DNA of 63,751 nucleotides, counting the filler. It is 4 parts of 4 records of this genome, joined end to end, with 100 filler letters (N's around TTAATTAATTAA, not from the genome) between each part and the next. Parts side by side here need not be neighbours in the genome. Positions count along the whole stretch, not along the records: positions 27,727 to 45,973 come from SRR22947727_5831; 3 more parts are not named here. One strand, written 5' to 3'. Shown here in pieces: positions 30,079-39,387 of the stretch. Under the pieces are notes generated by a model. That model had not been told where the DNA came from, did not search any database, and saw only the letters and a list, made by a program, of their open reading frames with translations. Position 1 is the stretch's first letter. The number at the start of each line of letters is the position of its first letter. Both the position numbers and the translations under genes were made by a program.

Positions 30079-30952
30079 TGACCTCGTCGCGCTGCAGCAA
30101 CAAATAGAAGCGTCTCTAAAGCAGCACCTACCCACTAGCTCGCAAATTGCCCAACCCATGCTGGATGCCATGAGCTATGCGGTAATGGGTGGCGGCAAAA
30201 GACTTCGGCCCATGCTGGCTTGCGCAAGCTGCGAGGCATTTGGCGGAGACTATAAGACAGCGTTACCCGCTAGCTGCGCATTCGAATTTATCCATGCCTA
30301 CTCTCTAATCCATGACGATTTACCGGCTATGGATGACGATGAACTCAGACACGGTCGAGCGAGTACCCATGTCGCCTTTGGCGAAGCCAACGCAATTTTG
30401 GCTGGCGACAGCCTGCACTCGCTGGCATTTCAATCCATCAGCGAAGCCGCTGATATTTCCCCGGCAAGTAAACTCACAATCATTAGTCTGGTCTCTAAAG
30501 CAGCTGGCTGGCCCGGCATGTCTGGCGGCCAGTGCTTAGACATCGAAGCTGAAGGTAAGGTGTTGTCGCTTGAAGAACTGGAAAGGTTACACGCCGCGAA
30601 AACTGGTGCCTTAATCAAATCGTCCCTAGAAGTAGGCGCGCTGTGCGCCGAGGCAGATACCGATTCAGCCGCTTACAAAGCAATCGGTGAGTTTGGCGCA
30701 AAGATAGGCTTAGCTTTTCAGGTAGTGGACGACATATTAGATGTGACACAAACAAGCGAAGTATTGGGCAAACCTGCCGGCTCAGACGAGGGCTTGAACA
30801 AAAATACATTTCCGCGACTGTTGGGCTTGGAGGCGTCAAAAAAGAAGGCCGAGCGTTTGCTACAAGAAGCGCTGACCTTACTTGAGCAACACCACCTAAA
30901 GACACCGTTGCTTGAGACGTTGGCCAATCGAGCCGTGCATAGAACTTTCTAA
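30071..30952 (+). CDS. ispA: Farnesyl diphosphate synthase
   Basis: [17 protein letters not shown] and FQVVDDILD motifs. Confidence 0.95.
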   Translation: MLNDLVALQQQIEASLKQHLPTSSQIAQPMLDAMSYAVMGGGKRLRPMLACASCEAFGGDYKTALPASCAFEFIHAYSLIHDDLPAMDDDELRHGRASTHVAFGEANAILAGDSLHSLAFQSISEAADISPASKLTIISLVSKAAGWPGMSGGQCLDIEAEGKVLSLEELERLHAAKTGALIKSSLEVGALCAEADTDSAAYKAIGEFGAKIGLAFQVVDDILDVTQTSEVLGKPAGSDEGLNKNTFPRLLGLEASKKKAERLLQEALTLLEQHHLKTPLLETLANRAVHRTF

Positions 30953-31008
30953 CGCTCACTTAAAAATTGGCCTACCTGCAAACAAACCCGTTTTACAATC
31001 AAACGCAA

Positions 31009-31476
31009 TTAAACCTGCAGCACCAACCAAATAATGCCGGCACTGATTAAGCCGGCCATCATATCATCTGCCATAACTCCTAAGCCGCTATGCACATTGG
31101 TGTCGAGCCAACCCACTACGCCAGGCTTGGCGATATCAAAATATCGAAATAAGCCGAAGGCTAGTAATGCCACCCACCAAACCTGGGGAGCAAAAATCAG
31201 CGCCAGCCATACACCGGCCACTTCGTCCGCTACTATTTGCGGTTCGTCTTGCAGACCAAGGCGATTGATTAGCCGACTGCACAACCACCAACTGAGCAAA
31301 AAGTAGCCAACAATAATCAACAGCTGTGTTAACACCGACAATTGGGCAAGAAAAAACCACCAAAAAACTAACCCGCCCAAAGACCCCCAAGTGCCGGGTG
31401 CTGGCCGCAGAAAACCCAGTCCAAATGCGGTGAGCCAAAACACTGAAGGTTGAAAAATTTGACTTGGACTAAGCAT
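31009..31476 (-). CDS. pgpA: Phosphatidylglycerophosphatase A
   Basis: APGTWGS, IVADEVAG, FRYFDIAKP and DDMMAG motifs. Confidence 0.95.
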   Translation of the reverse strand: MLSPSQIFQPSVFWLTAFGLGFLRPAPGTWGSLGGLVFWWFFLAQLSVLTQLLIIVGYFLLSWWLCSRLINRLGLQDEPQIVADEVAGVWLALIFAPQVWWVALLAFGLFRYFDIAKPGVVGWLDTNVHSGLGVMADDMMAGLISAGIIWLVLQV

Positions 31477-32368
31477 CGAAATGTTTGTATCCCTTAATGT
31501 CTATGGACTTACCCTTCATCCATATGCCTTTTTCTGCACACAGTTCGCCAATGTAAAACGCATCAGGCTGTGGTTGGGTACTTGCAAAAAGCAGTTGATA
31601 GTCGTCGCTCGCACCGAGCGCGTCCTCTAACTGAGCGCCTGTGACTAGAGGGATGTTCTCTTCTATGAGTCTCGCCCCACAGCCACTGGCCTTAGTTAGG
31701 TGACCTAAATCTTGCAGCAGGCCGTCGGAGATATCGATAGCACAAGAAGCTGAGCTCAAGCCTTGCTGCCAGTCAAATCGCGCTTGGGGCTTGTAGTAAG
31801 CCGTTTGCAATTCATTCATCGCGTCAGCCAGAACAGGCAGCAACATATCTTGGCGCAGGCAGGCACCGGCGCCACCCAACGGTCCAGAAACATAGATCTT
31901 GTCACCAGGCTGACCGCCGGAACGCCTAACCTCACAACCACGAGCAACTTCACCATGAGCACTGACAGCAATATTTAGCGGCCCGCGTGTCATGTTGCCG
32001 CCACAAATATAGGTGCCACTGTCTCGGGCAGCTTGCGCCATGCCGCGACTCAATTCAGCTAACCAGCCGCCTTCACCCGCATCTTTTTCGGTGAGCGTTA
32101 GCGCGACAATACAATATCTAGGCGCTGCGCCCATTGCAGCAAGGTCTGACAGGCTGACCATGAGGGCACGGTAACCAATTAAAAAAGCGGGTGCTTGTGC
32201 GGGGAAATGCACATTGGGAACCAGTACATCTATGGAGGCGACTTGGTCGAAGCCGGGGGTAGTTGTAATCACTGCAGCATCATCGCCTGGGCCTAAATGC
32301 ACCCACTCGCCCTGGGCGCGGTCACCCATGGCTTCTACGATGATGTCTATCAGCGCAAATTCATCCAC
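31469..32368 (-). CDS. thiL: Thiamine-monophosphate kinase
   Basis: EFALI, GDDAA, SDLAAMGA and DISDGL motifs. GTG start overlapping the nusB stop. Confidence 0.93.
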   Translation of the reverse strand: MDEFALIDIIVEAMGDRAQGEWVHLGPGDDAAVITTTPGFDQVASIDVLVPNVHFPAQAPAFLIGYRALMVSLSDLAAMGAAPRYCIVALTLTEKDAGEGGWLAELSRGMAQAARDSGTYICGGNMTRGPLNIAVSAHGEVARGCEVRRSGGQPGDKIYVSGPLGGAGACLRQDMLLPVLADAMNELQTAYYKPQARFDWQQGLSSASCAIDISDGLLQDLGHLTKASGCGARLIEENIPLVTGAQLEDALGASDDYQLLFASTQPQPDAFYIGELCAEKGIWMKGKSIDIKGYKHFDA

Positions 32369-32864
32369 GCCCACTACCTTTGGCCGCATTAACTTCGATG
32401 CTTCTGGCGGTCTGTGCCAGTTGGTCTAACACACCGTTGACATACTTATGCGCGTCTTGTGAGCCAAACAATTTTGTTAACTCAACATATTCATCAATCA
32501 CTACTTTATAGGGTACGTCTATACGTTGGATCATTTCGGTAGCGGCCAAGCGTAATATGCCCCGCTCAACCACATCTAACTGATCAATCGACCGGTCTAG
32601 CAACGGGGTCAGCTGCTCATCTAAATCGGCAGTAGTGGTCATCATCAAGTGGAGTATTTCACCGAAAAAATCTGCGTCTGCTTTGTCTAGCGCTTTTTCA
32701 CCAAACTCTCGGCGTAGCTGAGCAATACTGGTGCCAGACACTTGCCATTGATAAGCAGCTTGAACCAACGCTCTGCGGGCTTTGCGACGCGCCCACATAT
32801 TGGGTTTCTTTGGTGATTTCTCGGGCGCTTTATCGGCCACTTGATCGGGCACTTCATCGGTCAT
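32361..32864 (-). CDS. nusB: Transcription antitermination factor
   Basis: ARRKARR..VQAAYQW, VPYKVVIDE and YVNGVLD motifs. Confidence 0.95.
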   Translation of the reverse strand: MTDEVPDQVADKAPEKSPKKPNMWARRKARRALVQAAYQWQVSGTSIAQLRREFGEKALDKADADFFGEILHLMMTTTADLDEQLTPLLDRSIDQLDVVERGILRLAATEMIQRIDVPYKVVIDEYVELTKLFGSQDAHKYVNGVLDQLAQTARSIEVNAAKGSGRG

Positions 32865-32918
32865 GTAATTTTTGATCTCTTATGTTCTGTCAAACGACCC
32901 CAAGCGCCAGCGCTGGGT

Positions 32919-34019
32919 CTACTTGCTTGTCGGACGCAGGGTCAGCCGCACGTCGTCGCCTATTCTAGCCTGATCCACCACTTTGGCATCTATGCTATCT
33001 GCAAGTTTTTCACTATTAAAATCTGCCAACTGGCGCGCATTGCGGCCCAAGGCCTTGGGTGCCAAATAACAAATCCATTCATCCCATAAGTTAGCCTGAA
33101 GAAAACTGCCCACCACACCCGGGCCTGCTTCCACTAGCACTTCATTACACCCTCGGTTGCCCAGCTCATCTAACAACGCTGCAAGATCAGATGGTCCGTC
33201 TTTTAGGTAAAGTCGGCTCACACTGTGCGGATCTTCAATAGACACCTCCGTTTCTTTAACCGAGATGTCTGTTGTGTTGCTGTGAATAAGCAGTGTCGGC
33301 TGACCATCGCGCAAGAGCTTGCTAGATGAAGGCGTGCGCGCTGTGGAATCTAAAACCACTCGCAGGGGCTGATGACAATGCGCGTAATTTGCATCACGGA
33401 CGTTGAGTTGAGGGTCATCCGCTATGACCGTGCCGACACCAGTAATCACCGCGTCGCTGCGCGCGCGCCAGTACTGCACATCCGCCCTAGCACTTGGACC
33501 GGTAATCCACTGACTTTCGCCATTCGCTAGCGCAATTGCGCCGTCAATACTGCTGGCGGTTTTTAGGCGCACCAAAGGCCGGTTGGAGGTTATGCGCTTA
33601 GCAAACCCTGCGATACAGGCCCGGGCCTCGGCTAAATCTAACAATGTCACTTTAATGTTGGCGGCTTCTAGCATGGCAACACCGCTGCCTGCCACTCGTG
33701 GGTTCGGGTCTAAAATCCCAATAACCACCCTGGCTACGCCAGCATCAATTAGTGTTTGTGCACAGGCCGGGGTTTGACCAAAGAAGGAGCATGGCTCCAG
33801 GCTGACATAAACCGTGGCACCTTGCACATCGCCCCCGGCATCTGCAATTGCGTTGACCTCGGCATGGCCTTGGCCCGCGTACTGGTGGTAGCCACGACCA
33901 ATAACCTGACCATTGCGCGTGATGATGCACCCAACTGTTGGGTTAGGCGCGCAGGTGAAACGCCCCCCTTCAGCAAGCTGAACAGTTGCCTGAATATATA
34001 GTCGGTCGGATGCTTTCAT
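32919..34019 (-). CDS. ribD: Bifunctional riboflavin-pathway deaminase/reductase
   Basis: PNPTVGC, HAE, LEPCS..GQTPAC, SQWIT and VEAG motifs. Confidence 0.95.
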   Translation of the reverse strand: MKASDRLYIQATVQLAEGGRFTCAPNPTVGCIITRNGQVIGRGYHQYAGQGHAEVNAIADAGGDVQGATVYVSLEPCSFFGQTPACAQTLIDAGVARVVIGILDPNPRVAGSGVAMLEAANIKVTLLDLAEARACIAGFAKRITSNRPLVRLKTASSIDGAIALANGESQWITGPSARADVQYWRARSDAVITGVGTVIADDPQLNVRDANYAHCHQPLRVVLDSTARTPSSSKLLRDGQPTLLIHSNTTDISVKETEVSIEDPHSVSRLYLKDGPSDLAALLDELGNRGCNEVLVEAGPGVVGSFLQANLWDEWICYLAPKALGRNARQLADFNSEKLADSIDAKVVDQARIGDDVRLTLRPTSK

Positions 34020-34025
34020 AGCTGA

Positions 34026-34487
34026 TCAGGATTCTTTAGCGAGACTGAGTTTTTGAATTTCATCGGCGAATTCGCTCAGATCTTGGAAGTCGCGGTAGAC
34101 CGAAGCAAAGCGCACATAGGCCACTGGATCTAGGGCGCGTAATTCTGTCATCACCTCTTCGCCCACTTGCAGCGAGGGTAACTCGCGCTCGCCGGTGGAG
34201 CGCATACGATGCTTGATGTGATTTAAGGAGGTTTCAATTTCGTCCACACTCACCGGACGTTTTTCTAGCGCCTTGGACAAACCGTAGCGCAACTTTTCTT
34301 CGTCGAAAGGTTCTCTACGGCCGTCTCTTTTGATCAGGTGAGGCATCACCAACTCGGCGGTCTCGAAAGTAGTGTAACGCTCACCACAGGTAAGGCATTC
34401 CCGGCGACGGCGCACGGCTTCGCCATCCGTTACAAGCCGGGAATCTATTACCTTTGTGTCTTCTGCACTACAAAAGGGACAATGCAT
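34026..34487 (-). CDS. nrdR: Transcriptional repressor NrdR
   Basis: CPFC..RRRREC zinc ribbon, ATP cone and AYVRFASVY. Confidence 0.97.
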   Translation of the reverse strand: MHCPFCSAEDTKVIDSRLVTDGEAVRRRRECLTCGERYTTFETAELVMPHLIKRDGRREPFDEEKLRYGLSKALEKRPVSVDEIETSLNHIKHRMRSTGERELPSLQVGEEVMTELRALDPVAYVRFASVYRDFQDLSEFADEIQKLSLAKES

Positions 34488-34528
34488 GGCCAGTTACCTT
34501 TCGAATGAGCTATGACTCAAGCCTTGAG

Positions 34529-35788
34529 TTAGTTTTTCGGATAGACCGGAAATCTGCCACAAAGCTCAAGGACCTTGGCTTGCACAGCCTTATTCACTTC
34601 TTCATTTTCAATATCATCTAAGATATCGGCAATCCAGCCTGCAAGTATATGACATTCCGCCTCTTTAAAGCCCCTGCGAGTCACTGCTGGAGATCCAATG
34701 CGCACGCCACTGGTGACAAAAGGTGAGCGCGGATCATTAGGCACTGCATTCTTATTTACTGTGATATTCGCCCGACCAAGGGCTGCGTCGGCGGCCTTAC
34801 CGGTGATGTCTTTGTCGACCAAATCCAACAGCAGTAAGTGGTTGTCAGTCCCCCCTGATACAACCGAGTAACCCCGATCCATTAGGCCAGCAGCAATAGC
34901 ACGGGCATTGGCCAATGTTTGCGCTTGGTAAGTCTTAAACTCTGGGGTCATCGCTTCTTTAAAAGCGACAGCTTTAGCCGCGATGACGTGCATCAACGGA
35001 CCACCTTGGCTGCCGGGAAAGAGCGCTGAATTCAGCCTCTTCTCAATATCTGGGTTAGAACGCGCCAAGATAATGCCGCCACGTGGGCCGCCCAGAGTCT
35101 TGTGGGTGGTGGAGGTCACAACGTCTGCAAATGGCACAGGGTTCGGATATTCGCCAGCGGCAACTAAGCCCGCAACGTGGGCCATATCAACCAAAAGGTA
35201 TGCGCCTACAGAGTCGGCGATTTCGCGAAACCGCTGCCAGTCAATTTGACGCGAGTACGCAGAGAAGCCAGCAAGTAATAATTTGGGCTTATGCTCAAAG
35301 GCTAGGCGTGCCACTTCATCGTAGTCAATTGCGCCGCTCGCAATGTCGATACCATACTGAACCGCGTTATAAAGTTTGCCAGAAAAGTTCACTGACGCGC
35401 CGTGGGTTAAGTGGCCACCGTCGGCAAGGCTCATGCCCAAAACCGTGTCGCCACCTTCTAATAAGGCCAAGTACACTGCGGCATTAGCCTGGGAACCAGA
35501 GTGCGGCTGCACGTTGGCATAGTCCGCACCAAATAATGCTTTAATACGCTCAATGGCCAGCACTTCGACTTTATCAACGTGCTCACACCCACCGTAATAG
35601 CGCTTGCCCGGATACCCTTCTGCATACTTATTGGTCAATACACTGCCTTGAGCTTCCATTGTTCTGGGGCTGGCATAGTTTTCTGAGGCAATCAGCTCAA
35701 TGTGTTCTTCTTGACGAACGGTTTCTTGAGCAATAGCGGAAGCAACTTCTTCATCAAAACCAGCAATGGTCTCATTTCCTGAAAACAT
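34529..35788 (-). CDS. glyA: Serine hydroxymethyltransferase
   Basis: [19 protein letters not shown] and TTHKTL (PLP lysine). Start at MFSGNE. Confidence 0.97.
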   Translation of the reverse strand: MFSGNETIAGFDEEVASAIAQETVRQEEHIELIASENYASPRTMEAQGSVLTNKYAEGYPGKRYYGGCEHVDKVEVLAIERIKALFGADYANVQPHSGSQANAAVYLALLEGGDTVLGMSLADGGHLTHGASVNFSGKLYNAVQYGIDIASGAIDYDEVARLAFEHKPKLLLAGFSAYSRQIDWQRFREIADSVGAYLLVDMAHVAGLVAAGEYPNPVPFADVVTSTTHKTLGGPRGGIILARSNPDIEKRLNSALFPGSQGGPLMHVIAAKAVAFKEAMTPEFKTYQAQTLANARAIAAGLMDRGYSVVSGGTDNHLLLLDLVDKDITGKAADAALGRANITVNKNAVPNDPRSPFVTSGVRIGSPAVTRRGFKEAECHILAGWIADILDDIENEEVNKAVQAKVLELCGRFPVYPKN

Positions 35789-36144
35789 GGATAAACCTCT
35801 TATAAATAGGGCAAATTGAAAATTTGTGGCGGGAAAGACAACTCCGCTCTGAAGGCGCAAAGTATAACTTAAAGCTCACGATGATTGAGGTGAAAGAAGC
35901 GCCATTTTGGTAGAAATTCTTTCATATTGGTTAGACAGCTGACCTAGAAAGACGCCAAAGACCCGCACCAACCTAGATGCCCTTCTGAACGAAGCGCGAG
36001 GCAGAAAGAGACTTTGAAAACGAGACTTTGAAAAAGAAGCCAAGCAAAAGTAATCGCAAAGTTAATTCATCAGTTCACCGCATAGGGGATGGCACGGCGT
36101 TTAGATGACCGTATACTTCCGCTTTTGTTTTATCAGGAAGATTA

Positions 36145-37812
36145 ATGGCGCAGTACGTCTATACCATGCAAGGGGTGACCAAAATTGTCCCACCGCAAAG
36201 AACCATTCTGGAGAATATCCACCTTTCGTTTTTCCCCGGCGCCAAAATTGGCGTACTTGGCCTAAACGGTTCAGGTAAATCTAGCCTGTTGCGAATTATG
36301 GCAGGGGAAGACACCGATATTGAAGGCGAAGCCAGACCACAAAAAGACATTCGCGTAGGTTACCTGCCACAGGAACCGGCGCTGGATGAAGCCTTAGACG
36401 TACGCGGCAATGTAGAGCTGGGCGTAGCTGAGATTATGTCTGTACTGAAAGAGTACAACGAGATTTCGGACAAGTTCGCAGAGCCAATGGACGATGACGA
36501 AATGACGCGCCTGCTGGAACGCCAAGGCGATTTGTCTACCCAGATAGATGCCGTAGATGGCTGGGAAATCGACCGCACATTAGACATTGCCGCAGACGCG
36601 CTGAGATTACCCGCGTGGGATACCCCCGTGAACATGCTGTCAGGCGGTGAGCGCAGACGTGTAGCCCTATGCTCACTGTTGTTGTCTAAGCCAGACATGT
36701 TGTTATTAGATGAGCCCACCAACCACTTAGATGCAGAAAGCGTGTCGTGGTTAGAGCGCTTTCTTGACGAATACGCAGGCACCGTAGTAGCGGTGACCCA
36801 CGACCGCTACTTCCTCGACAATGTCGCTAGCTGGATCTTAGAGCTAGACCGCGGACGCGGGCTACCCTACGAAGGCAACTACACCAATTGGTTAGAAAAC
36901 AAAGAAGCACGACTGGCACAAGAAGCATCACGAGATGAAGCCAAACAACGCGTGATTAAGGCCGAGCTAGAATGGGTGCGATCCAACGCCAAAGGTAAGC
37001 GGACAAAAAGCAAGTCGCGCTTGGCGCGCTTTGATGACCTGGTTGCTGCTGAAGAAGAACGACGCAACGAAACAGGCGAACTGTTCATTCCCACCGGCGA
37101 GCGCCTTGGCGAGAAAGTCATGGTGATCAACAACTTGAGCAAGGGCTTTGGTGAAAGGCTGTTGATCGACAACTTCAACGCCATCATTCCCCGCGGCGCA
37201 ATCGTCGGCATCATTGGCGGCAACGGCGCAGGCAAGTCGACCTTCTTCAAGATGCTCACGGGCCAAGAAACCCCTGACACCGGCAACATTGAAATTGGTT
37301 CAACGGTGCAAATGGCCTACGTAGACCAAAGCCGCGATGAACTGTCAGATGAAAAAACCGTGTGGGAAGAAGTGTCCGACAACCAAGACATCATGCGCAT
37401 TGGCAAGCACGAAATAGCCAGCCGCGCATACGTAGGCCGGTTCAACTTCAAAGGCACCGACCAGCAAAAATTTGTGGGCAAGCTTTCAGGTGGCGAGCGC
37501 AACCGCGTACACCTAGCAAAACTGCTGCGCAGAGGCGCAAACGTATTGCTGCTGGACGAACCCACTAACGACTTAGATGTGGAAACACTGCGCGCGCTGG
37601 AAGAAGCCATACTGACGTTTGCCGGCACCGCACTGGTGATCTCACACGACAGATGGTTCCTCGACCGTGTCGCCACACACATCATCGCCTTTGAAGGAGA
37701 CAGCGACGTGATTTGGTATGAAGGCAACTACAGCGAGTACGAAGTAGACCGCAAGAAACGTTTAGGCGATTCAGCACCCACCCGTGTGCAGTACAAGCCA
37801 ATTCATAGATAG
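36145..37812 (+). CDS. ettA: ABC-F translational throttle protein
   Basis: MAQYVYTM N-terminus, two ABC domains, no TM segments, 555 aa. Confidence 0.96.
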   Translation: MAQYVYTMQGVTKIVPPQRTILENIHLSFFPGAKIGVLGLNGSGKSSLLRIMAGEDTDIEGEARPQKDIRVGYLPQEPALDEALDVRGNVELGVAEIMSVLKEYNEISDKFAEPMDDDEMTRLLERQGDLSTQIDAVDGWEIDRTLDIAADALRLPAWDTPVNMLSGGERRRVALCSLLLSKPDMLLLDEPTNHLDAESVSWLERFLDEYAGTVVAVTHDRYFLDNVASWILELDRGRGLPYEGNYTNWLENKEARLAQEASRDEAKQRVIKAELEWVRSNAKGKRTKSKSRLARFDDLVAAEEERRNETGELFIPTGERLGEKVMVINNLSKGFGERLLIDNFNAIIPRGAIVGIIGGNGAGKSTFFKMLTGQETPDTGNIEIGSTVQMAYVDQSRDELSDEKTVWEEVSDNQDIMRIGKHEIASRAYVGRFNFKGTDQQKFVGKLSGGERNRVHLAKLLRRGANVLLLDEPTNDLDVETLRALEEAILTFAGTALVISHDRWFLDRVATHIIAFEGDSDVIWYEGNYSEYEVDRKKRLGDSAPTRVQYKPIHR

Positions 37813-37843
37813 GGAAGGGATAGAGTTGGAAAGTTAGAGGTAG

Positions 37844-37868
37844 AGGTAGCCGGGGCAGGCTACCTTTA
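37844..37868 (+). terminator. ettA terminator-like hairpin
   Basis: AGGTAGCC-GGGGCA-GGCTACCT followed by TTA. Confidence 0.6.
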
Positions 37869-37961
37869 TCATAGTCGCTTGACGCACCCAGGCAGCCTAG
37901 CCAATAATTTATGGCCCCATCAACATCAGCTCTGCTAGTTTTCAATTTTCACGACTATTAC

Positions 37962-38010
37962 ACCTAACGCCCCAGCGACCAGCGGGAGCGATTGCTGCAC
38001 CTTGTTAGAA
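37962..38010 (-). repeat. attC site, short and probably internally deleted (49 bp)
   Basis: TTCTAACAAGGTGCAGCAATCGCTCCCGCTGGTCGCTGGGGCGTTAGGT. R'' contains the ORF stop codon, and R' is GTTAGGT. Confidence 0.7.
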
Positions 38011-38739
38011 GGTGTTTTTTACTAGCCAATTTGCGCCTTCTATTAATTCTCTAATTTGTTCTTTACTAGGTTCTACATCTTTTTTATGGGAGCAAATATT
38101 TCTTATATCAGCGAGATAAGTAACCTTTCTCCGTGTAGGTATGTCAAATACACCTTCATTTTTAAGAGGGTCATTGAGGTCACTTATTGTAGGGTGTTTT
38201 TTTCGAGATTTAATGCCATGGCTTTTAGCTAATTTTTGCAAGTGGTTTTCAATAACGACGCCAACAAGTGCACCAGCAGCTCTCAAGCTGGTTTTCGCAA
38301 GCTGATTCGCTGTTTCTAATTCAGAATCCTGAATTGCAGAAAGGAGTTCTGAATCAATATTTGCTAGAACAGAATCAATTCGCTCACGTAGCGAGTTTAA
38401 AATCGTAAGCTGGTTAAATACATTTCGAGTTGTTTCTTGACGAGTATCAAAATCTTGTAACTGATATGACCCCGGTCTAACCCCTTTTAGGTAGTCTTGT
38501 ATGACATAAGTGCCATATCCAAGACCTTTACGCTTTGGATCGATCTCATAATAAGATTTAAATTCAGCGTACCGATCATATGCAAGAACCTCCACTACCC
38601 TAAGTGATTTGGTATACCACAACTGATATTCATAGTAAAAATTAGGTTCTTTATCTTTAACTTGAAAAGCTTTTACAAGTTTTGACCCTTCCTCATAAAG
38701 AGTTGAAATCTCTTTTGATATAGTCTCTTTAATGTCCAT
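38005..38739 (-). CDS. Cassette-encoded protein with C-terminal HEPN (DUF4145-like) domain
   Basis: RAAGALVGVVIENHL helix and IRNICSH (RxxxxH). Stop codon embedded in attC. Confidence 0.75.
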   Translation of the reverse strand: MDIKETISKEISTLYEEGSKLVKAFQVKDKEPNFYYEYQLWYTKSLRVVEVLAYDRYAEFKSYYEIDPKRKGLGYGTYVIQDYLKGVRPGSYQLQDFDTRQETTRNVFNQLTILNSLRERIDSVLANIDSELLSAIQDSELETANQLAKTSLRAAGALVGVVIENHLQKLAKSHGIKSRKKHPTISDLNDPLKNEGVFDIPTRRKVTYLADIRNICSHKKDVEPSKEQIRELIEGANWLVKNTF

Positions 38740-38746
38740 ATGAGCC

Positions 38747-38809
38747 TTTTAACGTTTCGAATCAGCTGCACCAGCTTTGCTGGCGTCCGGCTGCATGCGT
38801 TTGTTAGAG
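38747..38809 (-). repeat. attC site (63 bp)
   Basis: CTCTAAC-AAAC-GCATGCAG-CCGGACGCCAGCAAAGCTGGTGCAG-CTGATTCG-AAAC-GTTAAAA, giving R''-L''-central hairpin-L'-R'. Confidence 0.9.
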
Positions 38810-38836
38810 GGCTGGCTGGAATATTTTTTCTTTGTA

Positions 38837-39103
38837 CTAATACAGTATCTCGACAACCCGCTTAGCGTTTTCCCTGTTTGCATTGAGCCCCATTCTTTCC
38901 GTTTGGATTTTAACTAAGTAATCCACTATTTTTTCTTCCGAGTTTTGGCCAAAAAGCATCTTGAAAACTTGTGGAAGATAACTCGAATATTCATCCCTGG
39001 CATTGGGAGCATCTGAGACTCCAATCGGATCCCAAATGTAGTGCAAGACTTCATCAGTGGCTCGATAAAGTTCCATTTGTTGAGGATCTAGCTTTCTACC
39101 CAT
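38837..39103 (-). CDS. Cassette-encoded small protein with WDPIG..DEY..Y motif (DUF1871/CdiI-like), prematurely stopped
   Basis: IWDPIGVSDAPNARDEYSSY motif. Start at MGRKLD just inside the cassette boundary. Confidence 0.7.
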   Translation of the reverse strand: MGRKLDPQQMELYRATDEVLHYIWDPIGVSDAPNARDEYSSYLPQVFKMLFGQNSEEKIVDYLVKIQTERMGLNANRENAKRVVEILY

Positions 39104-39387
39104 TAAGCCCTCTAGCATTTGTATATTGCGCATGCGCATTTGGCTGTTTTCTCCACTTCAGGAAGACATCAGTAGGCGATTGATTTTGGTGGGCTTTATT
39201 CAAAACAATGCGGTCCTTTCCAAAAAAAGTGCCCATGCGCAATAGCACTCCCTCTTATGCGCGTTAGGTCTTCACACGAACAGAGGACTATGGAATCGCT
39301 TTGCGCTCACTAGAAATCAGACAATTGGAATGTTTTTTGCGCCAAACGGCATCCGGTTTGAGGGGCTAACCGGCGGGATTGTTTTAC

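Larger units (their letters stand above)
37962..39116 (-). mobile_element. Integron-type gene cassette array lacking an intact integrase (two cassettes)
   Basis: Two attC-like sites downstream of co-oriented AT-richer ORFs. Each cassette's 5' core complements its own R'' box. Confidence 0.85.

Noticed and set aside
36008-36034. Direct repeat GAGACTTTGAAAA x2
   Set aside because: Only two copies with a 1-bp spacer. Not CRISPR, probably a local duplication.
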